64,000 nt of DNA from IMG/VR virus record IMGVR_UViG_3300035670_000019, positions 1 through 64,000 of that record; one strand, given 5' to 3'. The translations under genes were made by a program, and so were the position numbers. The notes under the pieces were generated by a model. That model was given only the letters and a program-made list of their open reading frames with translations, was not told the DNA's origin and made no database searches. Source of the DNA: a virus. Shown here one piece after another: positions 9,722 to 19,154 of the stretch (positions are counted from its first letter, which is position 1; each line of letters opens with the position of its first letter).

Positions 9722-10090
9722 ATGGAAAAAAAACTACGTACCTTAATAACTCAGTTGGTTAATGAAGAGATTTCTCTTATGGAGAAAAAGCGCAAGAAAG
9801 ATGAAGCACCATCTGAGGAAAATGTTGAACTAAACCTAGACATGCCAGCTGAAGAACCAGCTGCTGAACCTACTACTGAGCCCGCTGCTGAACCTACAAC
9901 TGAACCAGATATGGATTTAAGTGGAGGTGATTCAACAGAAAAACGTATAGGTCAAGGTTTACAAATGGCTTTAGATGCAGCTAAAGAAATGCCTGATGGT
10001 GAAAATAAAACCAAATTAGTAAGACAAATCGGAAATACAGCTCTATTTTTCCTGAAAACACAAATCCCAGGAACTGGAGATCAAGTATAA
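9722..10090 (+). CDS. Putative internal head protein with Pro/Glu linker
   Basis: MEKKLRTLITQLVNEEISLME tag; EPAAEPTTEP repeats; late promoter at 9700. Confidence 0.5.
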   Translation: MEKKLRTLITQLVNEEISLMEKKRKKDEAPSEENVELNLDMPAEEPAAEPTTEPAAEPTTEPDMDLSGGDSTEKRIGQGLQMALDAAKEMPDGENKTKLVRQIGNTALFFLKTQIPGTGDQV

Positions 10091-10119
10091 TTTATATTAA
10101 TTTAAAATCAATAAAATCT

Positions 10120-10293
10120 ATGACAACTCAAGAGTTATTTGAACAAATGCAAGGTTTATGGAACGAGTTTTCAGCTGAACACTCTAAAGCGTCTAAGGCT
10201 GCTCATGGTAGAGCCCGTAAGGCGGTTGGCGATCTGAAAAAGTTAGTGACCGAATACCGTAAAGCTTCTGTCGCAGAAGACAAAGCAAAGTAA
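10120..10293 (+). CDS. Histone H1-like (Bacteroidota Hc1-type) small basic protein; missing from the ORF track
   Basis: 57 aa: MTTQELFEQMQGLWNEFSAEHSKASKAAHGRARKAVGDLKKLVTEYRKASVAEDKAK, with the KAAxxRARKA...EYRKAS signature. Confidence 0.75.
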   Translation: MTTQELFEQMQGLWNEFSAEHSKASKAAHGRARKAVGDLKKLVTEYRKASVAEDKAK

Positions 10294-10309
10294 TGAACCG
10301 CAATAAGTT

Positions 10310-10340
10310 ATAAGGGGGGATGACCCCCTTATTCTTATTT
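10310..10340 (+). terminator. Intrinsic terminator-like hairpin
   Basis: TAAGGGGG-gatga-CCCCCTTA followed by a T-rich tail. Confidence 0.65.
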
Positions 10341-10353
10341 AAAATTGATTAAT

Positions 10354-11010
10354 ATGCCATACGAAAGAAAAGGTAAGTGTATATACAATAAAGAAACAGG
10401 TGAAAAAAAAGGCTGTTCTACTTCTGTTGGTAAAGCTAAAAAATATATGAGAGCTTTATACGCTGCTGAAAATGGTATTATTAAAGAAGAAGAAAGTGAA
10501 TTATCTCAAGCTATTCAAGATAGAGCAGAAGATATTTACCAAGCAATGAAAGCAACTGCTTTAGACTCAGCAGTAGATAGATATGAGGCTGATGCTGAAG
10601 ATGTATTACGACGTAGAGCAATAAAAATAGCTAAAAAACAAGTTAAAATGAAAAACATAGATCGCCTTAAAGAAATTATTAAGAAAAAATTAACTAAAAA
10701 ACAAGAAAAAATTGATGTTAATAATGATGGCCAAATAAACGGAAAAGATTTTAAACTACTTCGCTCTAAAAAAGCAGTCAAAGAAGAACTTGATTATGAA
10801 GGTGAAATGGCTAAATCTGAACTTCGTAACATCATCCAAAATGCTCAAGAACTAATGAACTCTTTAGATGATGACACTCAGTTAGAAGCTTGGGTTCAAA
10901 GTAAACTTACTAAAGCTAATGATTACCTAAATTCAGTAACACAATATTTAGGTTATCAAAACACTAAACAAGGCCCAACAGACGAAAAATTAGAATACAC
11001 TATAGACTAA
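10354..11010 (+). CDS. Putative internal head protein (multi-module)
   Basis: Likely start MPYERK at 10354; EF-hand-like IDVNNDGQINGKDFKLLR; helical DYEGEMAKSEL...LEAWVQSKLTKANDYL module; IKEE/VKEE sites. Confidence 0.55.
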   Translation: MPYERKGKCIYNKETGEKKGCSTSVGKAKKYMRALYAAENGIIKEEESELSQAIQDRAEDIYQAMKATALDSAVDRYEADAEDVLRRRAIKIAKKQVKMKNIDRLKEIIKKKLTKKQEKIDVNNDGQINGKDFKLLRSKKAVKEELDYEGEMAKSELRNIIQNAQELMNSLDDDTQLEAWVQSKLTKANDYLNSVTQYLGYQNTKQGPTDEKLEYTID

Positions 11011-11014
11011 TACA

Positions 11015-11563
11015 ATGGCAAGTAAACAGGAATTAATAGATAAAATTCAAACTATAGCTAAGCGAGTATACGCTTCTAAAGTTAAAGATAATACCTTAGG
11101 TGTCACACCTGATGATGTTGATTTTGATACAGAGACATTTCCTGTTTTAACAAAATTCCCTATATTAAAAAAAGTTGTAACAGATTTACTAACAGATCAA
11201 TATGAGATGTTTATATCTGATATACAATGGGTCGCCCCACGTCCTACAACATTTAAAATAATGTTAGCTAATGGACAATTCTTTTATTTTATCTATACTG
11301 AAAGATCATGGATCGCTCAGGTAGAAGGTAAAAAATATTATTTATTAAATATAAATGAGGAAGAACAAGCAGCTGATTCTATCGCTCGTATCTTAAGATA
11401 TGGTGGTAAAACAGAACCTGAAAAAGCTGAAGTACCTACAGGAGGTGAAACACCAGCAGATGAGCCTGTTCCAACAGGTGAAGAAACACCTGCTCCTGAA
11501 GGAGGAGAAGAAACTCCACCAGCTGAAGAACCAGCTGAAGTTGAACCAACAGTACCAGCATAA
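11015..11563 (+). CDS. Hypothetical protein with Pro/Glu-rich tail
   Basis: Intact ORF, globular core followed by a low-complexity C-terminus. Confidence 0.55.
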   Translation: MASKQELIDKIQTIAKRVYASKVKDNTLGVTPDDVDFDTETFPVLTKFPILKKVVTDLLTDQYEMFISDIQWVAPRPTTFKIMLANGQFFYFIYTERSWIAQVEGKKYYLLNINEEEQAADSIARILRYGGKTEPEKAEVPTGGETPADEPVPTGEETPAPEGGEETPPAEEPAEVEPTVPA

Positions 11564-11564
11564 T

Positions 11565-12359
11565 ATGTTTGAACAATTTTTAAATAAAATAGCTCATAAA
11601 TTTCCTAAAGGATATCCTGACATGAATAATGAACAGGATATTTTAATTATTGAATCTGAGTTAAAAAAATTAGGTCTTTACTTAGAAGAAGATCTTGATT
11701 CTACAATTAAGGATCTAACCAGTAAAGATAAAAAAATATCTAAACTCCAAACATTCACAGACTTAGCCACCTTAACATACCAACAGTATGATTTAGGTGA
11801 TATTAAAAAAGTATTTCCTAATCCTGTAAATACTATAAAAGATTGGAGACAATATGTTGAAAAATCATTATCTAATAAAGGTAGAGAAGTAGAAAATTGT
11901 ATTAAAAATTATGCTATCTCTCAAAATGTAGAATCAAAAGAAATATCTAAAGGAAGAGGTGAGGATGTTATAATCGGAGGTAAAACCACTGAGATTAAAT
12001 CCATGCAAGATAATAAAATTAACACTCAACTCCAAACTAGTTTTTATACTAATGACCCAAATAAATTTTATATTTTTGTTTCAAATACATCTCAAAAAGA
12101 TATTGATGTTAGGGTAGTTTCTAGTCAACTTTTATTTAGAGCTATTTTAGGTAATGATGTTGTTGATGAAATTGAAAAAACTGGAGAATCTAAAGTTTTA
12201 TTAGATCAAGTAATAAAAGGAATAGAAACATTAGATTTGAAAAAATTTATAATGACTTCTTTATTAACAGGTAAAACATCTGAAGGATCTAAATCTTTCT
12301 TTATAGGAAAAGATGATAAAATAAGAGTAAGATTTGTAATATATATTGAGCCCAAATAA
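11565..12359 (+). CDS. Restriction-endonuclease-fold (PD-(D/E)xK) protein with N-terminal leader
   Basis: True start is likely the ATG at 11565 (MFEQFLNKIAHKFPKGYPD...LEE|); NKGREVE...GEDVII...TTEIKS catalytic-like pattern. Confidence 0.55.
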   Translation: MFEQFLNKIAHKFPKGYPDMNNEQDILIIESELKKLGLYLEEDLDSTIKDLTSKDKKISKLQTFTDLATLTYQQYDLGDIKKVFPNPVNTIKDWRQYVEKSLSNKGREVENCIKNYAISQNVESKEISKGRGEDVIIGGKTTEIKSMQDNKINTQLQTSFYTNDPNKFYIFVSNTSQKDIDVRVVSSQLLFRAILGNDVVDEIEKTGESKVLLDQVIKGIETLDLKKFIMTSLLTGKTSEGSKSFFIGKDDKIRVRFVIYIEPK

Positions 12360-12361
12360 CT

Positions 12362-13042
12362 ATGAAACAACGCCTCCTAGAAATAATTAGAAAAGCATTA
12401 ACAGAACAACCTAAAAAGAAAAAATGTGATTGTGGTTGTGATAAATGTACTGATGCTCCTATGCTAAATGAGTCTAAACAATATGTTATGCCTATATCAG
12501 AGAACATGCGTTATCATTTGGATAAAAAAATACCTATCCATGATAACACATTTCGTCCTGGTTCTAAAGCTCACATTGATTTAATCCACGAAACTCGCTT
12601 ATTATGGAAAAAAGGAGTTATTGAATTACAAGGTGAAGATAAAAAGTTATTTGAAAACACAGACTTAGGTCGTTTTGGAATATATGAAGGTGAAGTAGTT
12701 CCACTTGATTATCCAATGATGGTAATTGAAACTTTAACAGAAGCAGAATTAGAAGAAGAAAAGAAACAACCTGCTTTAGGTAAACCAAAACGTGGTGGTT
12801 CTAAAAAGTTTTATGTTTATGTTAAAGATCCTAAAACCAAGCGCATTAAAAAAGTATCATTTGGTATGGCAGGTGGTGGATTACGTGCTAAATTAAATAA
12901 CCCTAAAGCACGTCAGGCGTTTTCAAAAAGACATGATTGTCCTAATAAAAAAGACAGAACAAAGGCGTCGTACTGGAGTTGTGCGTTGCCTCGTTATGCG
13001 AAACTATTAGGATTTAAAACAACATTCTCAGGATACTGGTAA
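12362..13042 (+). CDS. Tagged protein with basic C-terminal domain (KKFYVYVKDP...VSFG...RHDC...YWSC)
   Basis: MKQRLLEIIRKALTE tag; LNE/LTE/LEE sites; highly basic C-terminal domain. Confidence 0.6.
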   Translation: MKQRLLEIIRKALTEQPKKKKCDCGCDKCTDAPMLNESKQYVMPISENMRYHLDKKIPIHDNTFRPGSKAHIDLIHETRLLWKKGVIELQGEDKKLFENTDLGRFGIYEGEVVPLDYPMMVIETLTEAELEEEKKQPALGKPKRGGSKKFYVYVKDPKTKRIKKVSFGMAGGGLRAKLNNPKARQAFSKRHDCPNKKDRTKASYWSCALPRYAKLLGFKTTFSGYW

Positions 13043-13043
13043 T

Positions 13044-13427
13044 ATGAAACTAACACACATACTAAGACAACTTCTTGAGGAGCAAAAGAAAAAAGCAGAC
13101 CGCTGTAAACGCATTGCTGACCGCAAATATGATAAACCATCTGCTTACAAATCAGGCGCTATTGTTAGATGCCGTCAAGGTAAAATCTGGAAAGATTTAA
13201 AAGAAGAAGATTTAAATGAAGATGAATCACTTCATAAATGGTTCAAACGTAAAGGAACACCTGGTAAAGAAGGTGGTTGGGTAGATTGTAATACTTGTAG
13301 GGATGGTAAATGTAAACCATGTGGTAGAAAAGAAGGAGAAAAGCGCGCTAAATACCCTTCATGTCGTCCTACACCCGCTCAATGTAAAACAAAAGGCAAA
13401 GGCAAAAAATGGGGGAAAACCAAATAA
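13044..13427 (+). CDS. Tagged protein with two basic Cys-rich mini-domains
   Basis: MKLTHILRQLLEE tag; DRC...PSAYKSGAIVRCR; LNEDE|SLHKWF...WVDC..C....KPCGR...YPSCRP. Confidence 0.6.
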   Translation: MKLTHILRQLLEEQKKKADRCKRIADRKYDKPSAYKSGAIVRCRQGKIWKDLKEEDLNEDESLHKWFKRKGTPGKEGGWVDCNTCRDGKCKPCGRKEGEKRAKYPSCRPTPAQCKTKGKGKKWGKTK

Positions 13428-13442
13428 TTAAAAGATAAATAA

Positions 13443-14102
13443 ATGAGTTATTTAGTAACTAATGTCCCTCCAGTAGAGGTTTTTATTAGAAAAGAATTTT
13501 TGTATGATTTTGAATTAGACAAAAATGGAAAACTTTTAGGAAAAGGAGAATTTGAATCAGCCCATTGGATTTCAGCTAAATCTATCCCTAACCAAGCTTT
13601 ATATTTTGAATCATTAATTCATGACTATGGTGCTTTATATGATAAACTACCTTTACATGCTTATGTTTGGAAAACAAATATAAAAGAAAATGAACTGTAT
13701 CCTTTAGATTGGCTTCAATTGTGGGATTGTTTTTCATATAATATAACCACTATTAAAAAACAAAGATTACGAAACGCTAGATGTGAAGTAGTAATGAAGG
13801 ATAAAACTAAAGCCCCTGGTTATTATTTATTCACTATAGATTCATGCTCATCAGATCCAAATGAATTAGATGTTTCTTGGTCTGAGACACCAAATGAACA
13901 TAAATCTTTTAATATAATTAAATTAGATAATGGACAATTTGCAGCCCAACCTAATAATAGAGTACTTTGGAAACATCAATCTCAAACATCATCAACAGAT
14001 TTAAAAACTCCGTATTTTAGATTTTCTACTAAAACATGGATTTGTGAAAATCAAGATAGATGGACAGCTGCTAATGCTACTAAATTTAATTATGATGAGT
14101 AA
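13443..14102 (+). CDS. Conserved-type hypothetical phage protein
   Basis: Intact 219 aa ORF (LQLWDCFSY, EHKS...LDNGQFAAQPNNR). Confidence 0.6.
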   Translation: MSYLVTNVPPVEVFIRKEFLYDFELDKNGKLLGKGEFESAHWISAKSIPNQALYFESLIHDYGALYDKLPLHAYVWKTNIKENELYPLDWLQLWDCFSYNITTIKKQRLRNARCEVVMKDKTKAPGYYLFTIDSCSSDPNELDVSWSETPNEHKSFNIIKLDNGQFAAQPNNRVLWKHQSQTSSTDLKTPYFRFSTKTWICENQDRWTAANATKFNYDE

Positions 14103-14355
14103 TCCTTATAAAGACATAGAAGTCACTGACAAATATATTATTCGTGAATTTAACGAAAATATAGATCCTATTGAACTTAAATGGCATCGTGATAGAGAAG
14201 ATCGTTTAATAGAAATAATAGGAGAAACAGATTGGATGATACAACTTGAAAACCAACTACCAACTTCCCTAAACCAACCCATATTTATACCAGCAGGTGA
14301 ATGGCATAGAGTCATTAAAGGAAAAAATACTTTAATTCTTAAAATTAATAAGTAG
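14095..14355 (+). CDS. Cupin-fold protein
   Basis: WHRDREDR...IFIPAGEWHRVIKG cupin motifs; start likely 14092 or 14095. Confidence 0.7.
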   Translation: MSNPYKDIEVTDKYIIREFNENIDPIELKWHRDREDRLIEIIGETDWMIQLENQLPTSLNQPIFIPAGEWHRVIKGKNTLILKINK

Positions 14356-16925
14356 TGGAGAATATATATAAGTTTATAATACATGTTGTTTATAATCTGT
14401 TTCCCCTTAACGAATATTCTGAAGGTGAACTTAGAAATTTAATGCAGCAGTTTAAAGATGAAGCTGATGATTTAAATATCACTATCACTGATGATAAATT
14501 AAAATTTTATATCAATCGTTTTGATGCGTTAAAAAATTCACCTAAAATCACTGAAAAAGATCTACGTAAATATTCTTTATCTCAATTAATAAAATTAGTT
14601 ACTTCCTTAGCAGGTGATGAACCAGCTGAATTAGATATCACACCTGATGTTGTTTATAATAATGATGATAACACTATTGTAATTTATAACGGTAGTAAAG
14701 AAGGTAATTGCATTAGATTTGGTAAAGGAGAAAACTGGTGTATAACTAGAGGTTATTATAGTAACTATAGATATAGTTCTGATAGAGGTTATCCAACATT
14801 TTATTTAGCTAGAAATACTAATCTACCAGATAATGATAAACTAAGTTTTGTGGCTATACAAGTTAGAGATGTACCTAATGATAGTATTAGATATGTTTAT
14901 ACTAATAGGATGAATAGTCCTAATGAATCTAAACCAATGTCTTATGAATCTTTATTATCTGAAGTTCCTTGGCTGCAAGATATTCCTAATCTTAAAAATA
15001 TATTAAGATATATCCCTTTAACTTCCGCTGAAAAAGAAACTCAAAAATACAGAGCTAAACCTATTCCTTTTCAAGAATGGACTAAATTTCCATTTGAAAC
15101 TAAAAAACAATATTTAGTTGTTAGAAAAAACGACTCACAAATATTCAGTGATATAACTAATAGTGTGTTTGTAGTTAAGTATTTACCTAAATATCCTCAA
15201 ATAGCTACTTTTGTATGTCTTAACAATGGTATTATTAGTAATGAGACTATGATGCAACATCTAGATTTATTTTCAAATCAAGATGCTAAATCTTTTATAG
15301 CTAATATCCCAGGCACTGTAGGTCTTAGAAGATTAACTGATGATGAAATTTCTTTTGTAGCTAAAAAACTTTTAACTAAGTATAAAAAATGGGATACACT
15401 TCCTTCTAATCAAAGGATGTATGTGACTAAAGATGACAAGGCTATTGTTATGATAACACTCATAAAGCCTATTAAAATTGATGTTTATACTGAAGATGAT
15501 AGTTATACTAACATTAAACTTAACAAACGTACTTCTAGATTTTTATTAGATTTCCCTGAAATTGATACTATACCTTTTACTTCATTGATGGATTTAGTCG
15601 CAACTGAAGTTATAGATAGATCAACCCTAGACAGAATTCTAGCTAAAGCTAAAGAAAACCCAGATTCTGCCCTCATAATTAAAGATACAGAAGATGGACA
15701 GATTTTAGTAGATTCTAATACTTTTAGCTCTTATAAAATAGAAGATGATAAAGTAACTAGTATACCTATTGATAGTGAGGAAGTACAATCTATTCTTATT
15801 GATGAAGAAGGTAATAATGGACTTCAAAATAATGCTTTAAAATTATTAGGAAAAGATATTGATTCTGATTTAATAAATAAAGATATTTTCTTTAATATTA
15901 TTAATTCCACACCAATTGATAAAAGAAAAACATCTAATGGAAATCCTGTTATAGTAGTTAATGATGAAAATACTAAAAAAATCATTATAACTTACAGTGA
16001 TGATATAACAGCACTTTACACACCAGAATATGATTTTAATAGATTTAATTGGTATAACGTAAGAAATTATTCTCTTAGTGGAGCATCTCTTAGAGCGTAT
16101 TTTGAGTATCTTAGACAAACAAATCAAAGTTACACATCTGAACAGTTATTTAATATGGTAACTAGAAGTTATAGTGGTAATGCTAAAAAAGATGTTTTAT
16201 CTGCTAACCCACCATTATCAGATGATAACAAATATAAAATAGTTGTTAATGGTGATCTTTATTACTTATTAAATAAAGAAAATTCAAGATCAAGCCTTAC
16301 TATTTCACCTAACACAGGTAAATTAGTTAAAGCTAATATTTCCCCTCGTGATGCTGCTCAATATCTTGGCCAACCAGTCCCTGCTGGTGAAGAACCTCGT
16401 AGAAGAGGAAGAAGACCAGCTGGAGCAGAAACTCCCCAACAAGCCGCTGCTCCTGCCGCTGCTCAAGGAGCAGCTAATGGAGAAATAGCCGCTATAATAA
16501 ATCAATATGGTTTAACAAACGGATTTAACTCTTTACCTTCAGGTGTAAGAAATAGATTTTTAACTGGCGCTCTAACACCTACTTCTAGTGATAGAGGAGC
16601 TACTCGTAGAAATGGTGCTTTAGGTAATAGAGGTAGAGTTATAAGTGTTATAGCATCAGGACAAAGTAGATTCTATATTGTTCGTTTAGCAAGTAATACT
16701 ATAATAGGATCAGTTGCTACTCAACCAGATGCTCAACATTTTATAGTCACAGCTGAATCTGCATTTAGAATACCTAATGCTGGTGCGTTTGTAGATCAAT
16801 TGCGAGCTCGTAATTTAAGTGAAAATGCTAAAGCAATAATTTCATTACACGCTGAAGCAAAACCACAAGATATGAAAGAACTTAAATATTTATTAAAAAA
16901 TAAAAAGAAATATGAAACTTACTGA
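14355..16925 (+). CDS. Large hypothetical protein, possible head cargo
   Basis: 856 aa; LNE| near the N-terminus; FGKGENWCIT motif; basic C-terminal domain; late promoter at 14281. Confidence 0.55.
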   Translation: MENIYKFIIHVVYNLFPLNEYSEGELRNLMQQFKDEADDLNITITDDKLKFYINRFDALKNSPKITEKDLRKYSLSQLIKLVTSLAGDEPAELDITPDVVYNNDDNTIVIYNGSKEGNCIRFGKGENWCITRGYYSNYRYSSDRGYPTFYLARNTNLPDNDKLSFVAIQVRDVPNDSIRYVYTNRMNSPNESKPMSYESLLSEVPWLQDIPNLKNILRYIPLTSAEKETQKYRAKPIPFQEWTKFPFETKKQYLVVRKNDSQIFSDITNSVFVVKYLPKYPQIATFVCLNNGIISNETMMQHLDLFSNQDAKSFIANIPGTVGLRRLTDDEISFVAKKLLTKYKKWDTLPSNQRMYVTKDDKAIVMITLIKPIKIDVYTEDDSYTNIKLNKRTSRFLLDFPEIDTIPFTSLMDLVATEVIDRSTLDRILAKAKENPDSALIIKDTEDGQILVDSNTFSSYKIEDDKVTSIPIDSEEVQSILIDEEGNNGLQNNALKLLGKDIDSDLINKDIFFNIINSTPIDKRKTSNGNPVIVVNDENTKKIIITYSDDITALYTPEYDFNRFNWYNVRNYSLSGASLRAYFEYLRQTNQSYTSEQLFNMVTRSYSGNAKKDVLSANPPLSDDNKYKIVVNGDLYYLLNKENSRSSLTISPNTGKLVKANISPRDAAQYLGQPVPAGEEPRRRGRRPAGAETPQQAAAPAAAQGAANGEIAAIINQYGLTNGFNSLPSGVRNRFLTGALTPTSSDRGATRRNGALGNRGRVISVIASGQSRFYIVRLASNTIIGSVATQPDAQHFIVTAESAFRIPNAGAFVDQLRARNLSENAKAIISLHAEAKPQDMKELKYLLKNKKKYETY

Positions 16926-17151
16926 ACTTAAAAAAATAATTCAAGAAGAAATTACTAAAATTCTTTCTGAAGCCCCCCAAACTGCCCCATCTAAACCAGC
17001 CCCAGATGTTGAAATAGCTGAGCCTGGTACTGAAACAGCCCCTAAAACAAAACCTCGTAGAACAATTTCCCCTGAAGAACCTGTAGAAGAACCAGCTAGA
17101 GCTAAAAAGATAGCTGAAAAAATTGCTGCTCGTTTTAAAAAAGGAAAATAA
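16912..17151 (+). CDS. Small tagged internal head protein
   Basis: MKLTELKKIIQEEITKILSE tag, Pro-rich linker; late promoter at 16886. Confidence 0.55.
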   Translation: MKLTELKKIIQEEITKILSEAPQTAPSKPAPDVEIAEPGTETAPKTKPRRTISPEEPVEEPARAKKIAEKIAARFKKGK

Positions 17152-17153
17152 TC

Positions 17154-18479
17154 ATGGCTGAATATAATGACATATTTCGACCTGAGACATTAGCTAAACT
17201 AAACGCTAAATCAGCTGAAAGTGCTCGAATTTTGCTTGGTAATAGAAATCTTATCCAAGTTATGATGTCTTCTCAATCATTATTAAGTAAAATTATAAGA
17301 GCTGAATCATCATATAAAGCTCGTTTAGAGAATTTAGCTGTCTCTATGATTACTGAGATGTATCCTACTATAACTCAAGAAAATATAAATATAGACGCTA
17401 AAATTGTAGGTATGGGTGATGTAGGTGCTTCATTAGATGAAGCAACACCAAATGAAAAACGTCGTCGTGTTGTTAATGCTATTACACAAGGAGCATCTGT
17501 TAAAAGTTTAGAAGAACTTTTTCGTATTTTTAAAAGCCATATAGATGATATTAACCCGGCTTTGTATGATCAGTATAGTACAATTATGGGAGAAGTATTT
17601 GGTATATATGATAATGATGATGCTATATCTATGATGTTAGCAGCTGTTGCTAGTGGAGATAAAATGGCTGGTGGTTCTTCTAAAATTGTTATATCTGAAG
17701 CTTTAGGTATTAGAGCTAGAGCTGTTTGTTTCCCAATGTTAGTTCATGAGTTAATTAAAGGATATTACGCTATATTAGGACAAAGAGGTCTTAAAGGTGA
17801 TAAAGAAACTAAACAAGCAACTGTTAAAAAAGTAGACTTACTTAAAAATGAACCATCAGATATTCGCTATGGTAAATTCATCTACTCAGCTATTAATAAT
17901 ATCTTTTTAGCATTTGCTGACACAGATGATAAAAGAGTACAATCATTTTTCTTTCAAGACATATATGATTTAGGGGATGATGAATTCTTCTCATTTATTG
18001 AAAACGCAATTAATGAAGAATTAACCCCTCAACAAATTGATTGGGTACAAACTACTATTGAAAATATCATCTCAGATTTAAGAGCTGATGATTTTGATGC
18101 CACTGGTGTAAGTGAAAGTACTAAATTAACTGATATTGTTAAAGATATAATTCAAGAAGAATCCACTCAATATAAATTTGATGGATTACTTCAAACCGAC
18201 ACAGTAAAACGCCCCCAAAAAGATATTCTTTCTGATATTAGGTCATTACCTGGAGTAACAATAGTATCAAGCAAAGACTATGATCTATCAGGTGAAACAT
18301 CAGCTTTTAGTAATCCTAACTATTATTCTATATTAAGAATTAAAGTTGATCCACATCCGTTTATGACAAGTGGTGGTTTTAAAGATGAAGACCTCCAAAA
18401 AATGCTATCGGATGTTAGAAAAATAGATGGTGTTAAAAACTTTAAATTAACTCAAAAAGTAGAAAAATCAATAGTTTAA
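17154..18479 (+). CDS. Hypothetical protein with internal tag and separate C-terminal domain
   Basis: Helical domain (LVHELIKG), then VSE|STKLTDIVKDIIQEE| before a C-terminal alpha/beta domain. Confidence 0.55.
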   Translation: MAEYNDIFRPETLAKLNAKSAESARILLGNRNLIQVMMSSQSLLSKIIRAESSYKARLENLAVSMITEMYPTITQENINIDAKIVGMGDVGASLDEATPNEKRRRVVNAITQGASVKSLEELFRIFKSHIDDINPALYDQYSTIMGEVFGIYDNDDAISMMLAAVASGDKMAGGSSKIVISEALGIRARAVCFPMLVHELIKGYYAILGQRGLKGDKETKQATVKKVDLLKNEPSDIRYGKFIYSAINNIFLAFADTDDKRVQSFFFQDIYDLGDDEFFSFIENAINEELTPQQIDWVQTTIENIISDLRADDFDATGVSESTKLTDIVKDIIQEESTQYKFDGLLQTDTVKRPQKDILSDIRSLPGVTIVSSKDYDLSGETSAFSNPNYYSILRIKVDPHPFMTSGGFKDEDLQKMLSDVRKIDGVKNFKLTQKVEKSIV

Positions 18480-18485
18480 AAAACA

Positions 18486-19118
18486 ATGAATAAAGAGTTC
18501 CTTAAAATGCAAAAATTGGCTGGTATTATTACTGAAAGTCAATATAAAGTATCACTAGATGAAATTGAAAACATATATGAATTAGATGATACAGAAAAAA
18601 ATGTAGTTGATGATGTAAAAGATGAAATGTCTGCTATATTAAAAACTTTAGATGCTGAGTTAAATAAAGCATCTAAATCCACTGATCAACCAACAAATGA
18701 AGGTTTATTAACTGCGGCTGGCTTTATTATAGCTCTTCCTGCTATAATGGGATTAATAGCTAAATTTGGAAAAGCAGCTGGTGCTTTAGTTAATAAGATG
18801 TTAGGTAAAAAACCTAATGAAGGTGATGCTTATAATCAATGGTTAACTAAATTAAGTCATATAGCTGATGAATTACATCATTTGTATTTAGTCCCAATTG
18901 AAGGAATTGTTAAAAAATTTGTTAAAGATCCTAAAAAAGCCCATAATATATCTAATGGAATTTTTCATATTATAGTAGCTGTTTTCTTAGTAGCTTCTGG
19001 AGTCACAGCTGTGAAAGCCTTCCAAGCCAAAAATATATCATTAACCACTTTAGAAAGTGCTTTAACTGCTGTCAAATCAGGAGAAATACAAGCGTTTTTA
19101 GAAAAATTATTCGCTTAA
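18486..19118 (+). CDS. Putative head cargo protein with hydrophobic helices
   Basis: MNKEFLKMQKLAGIITE tag; TNE|GLLTAAGFIIALPAIMGLIAKFG; GIFHIIVAVFLVASGV. Confidence 0.55.
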   Translation: MNKEFLKMQKLAGIITESQYKVSLDEIENIYELDDTEKNVVDDVKDEMSAILKTLDAELNKASKSTDQPTNEGLLTAAGFIIALPAIMGLIAKFGKAAGALVNKMLGKKPNEGDAYNQWLTKLSHIADELHHLYLVPIEGIVKKFVKDPKKAHNISNGIFHIIVAVFLVASGVTAVKAFQAKNISLTTLESALTAVKSGEIQAFLEKLFA

Positions 19119-19154
19119 AAATTATATTAATATTTATAAATAAACCCTAATAAA

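Noticed and set aside
9846-9908. EPAAEPTT tandem repeat (and a similar tract near 11430-11560)
   Set aside because: Ordinary low-complexity Pro/Glu linkers.
11400-11564. Upstream extensions of ORFs 11400, 14044, 20259, 22084, 28024 and 36256
   Set aside because: They overlap other genes or promoter elements; downstream ATGs (11565, 14095, 20316, 22099, 28075, 36265) fit better.
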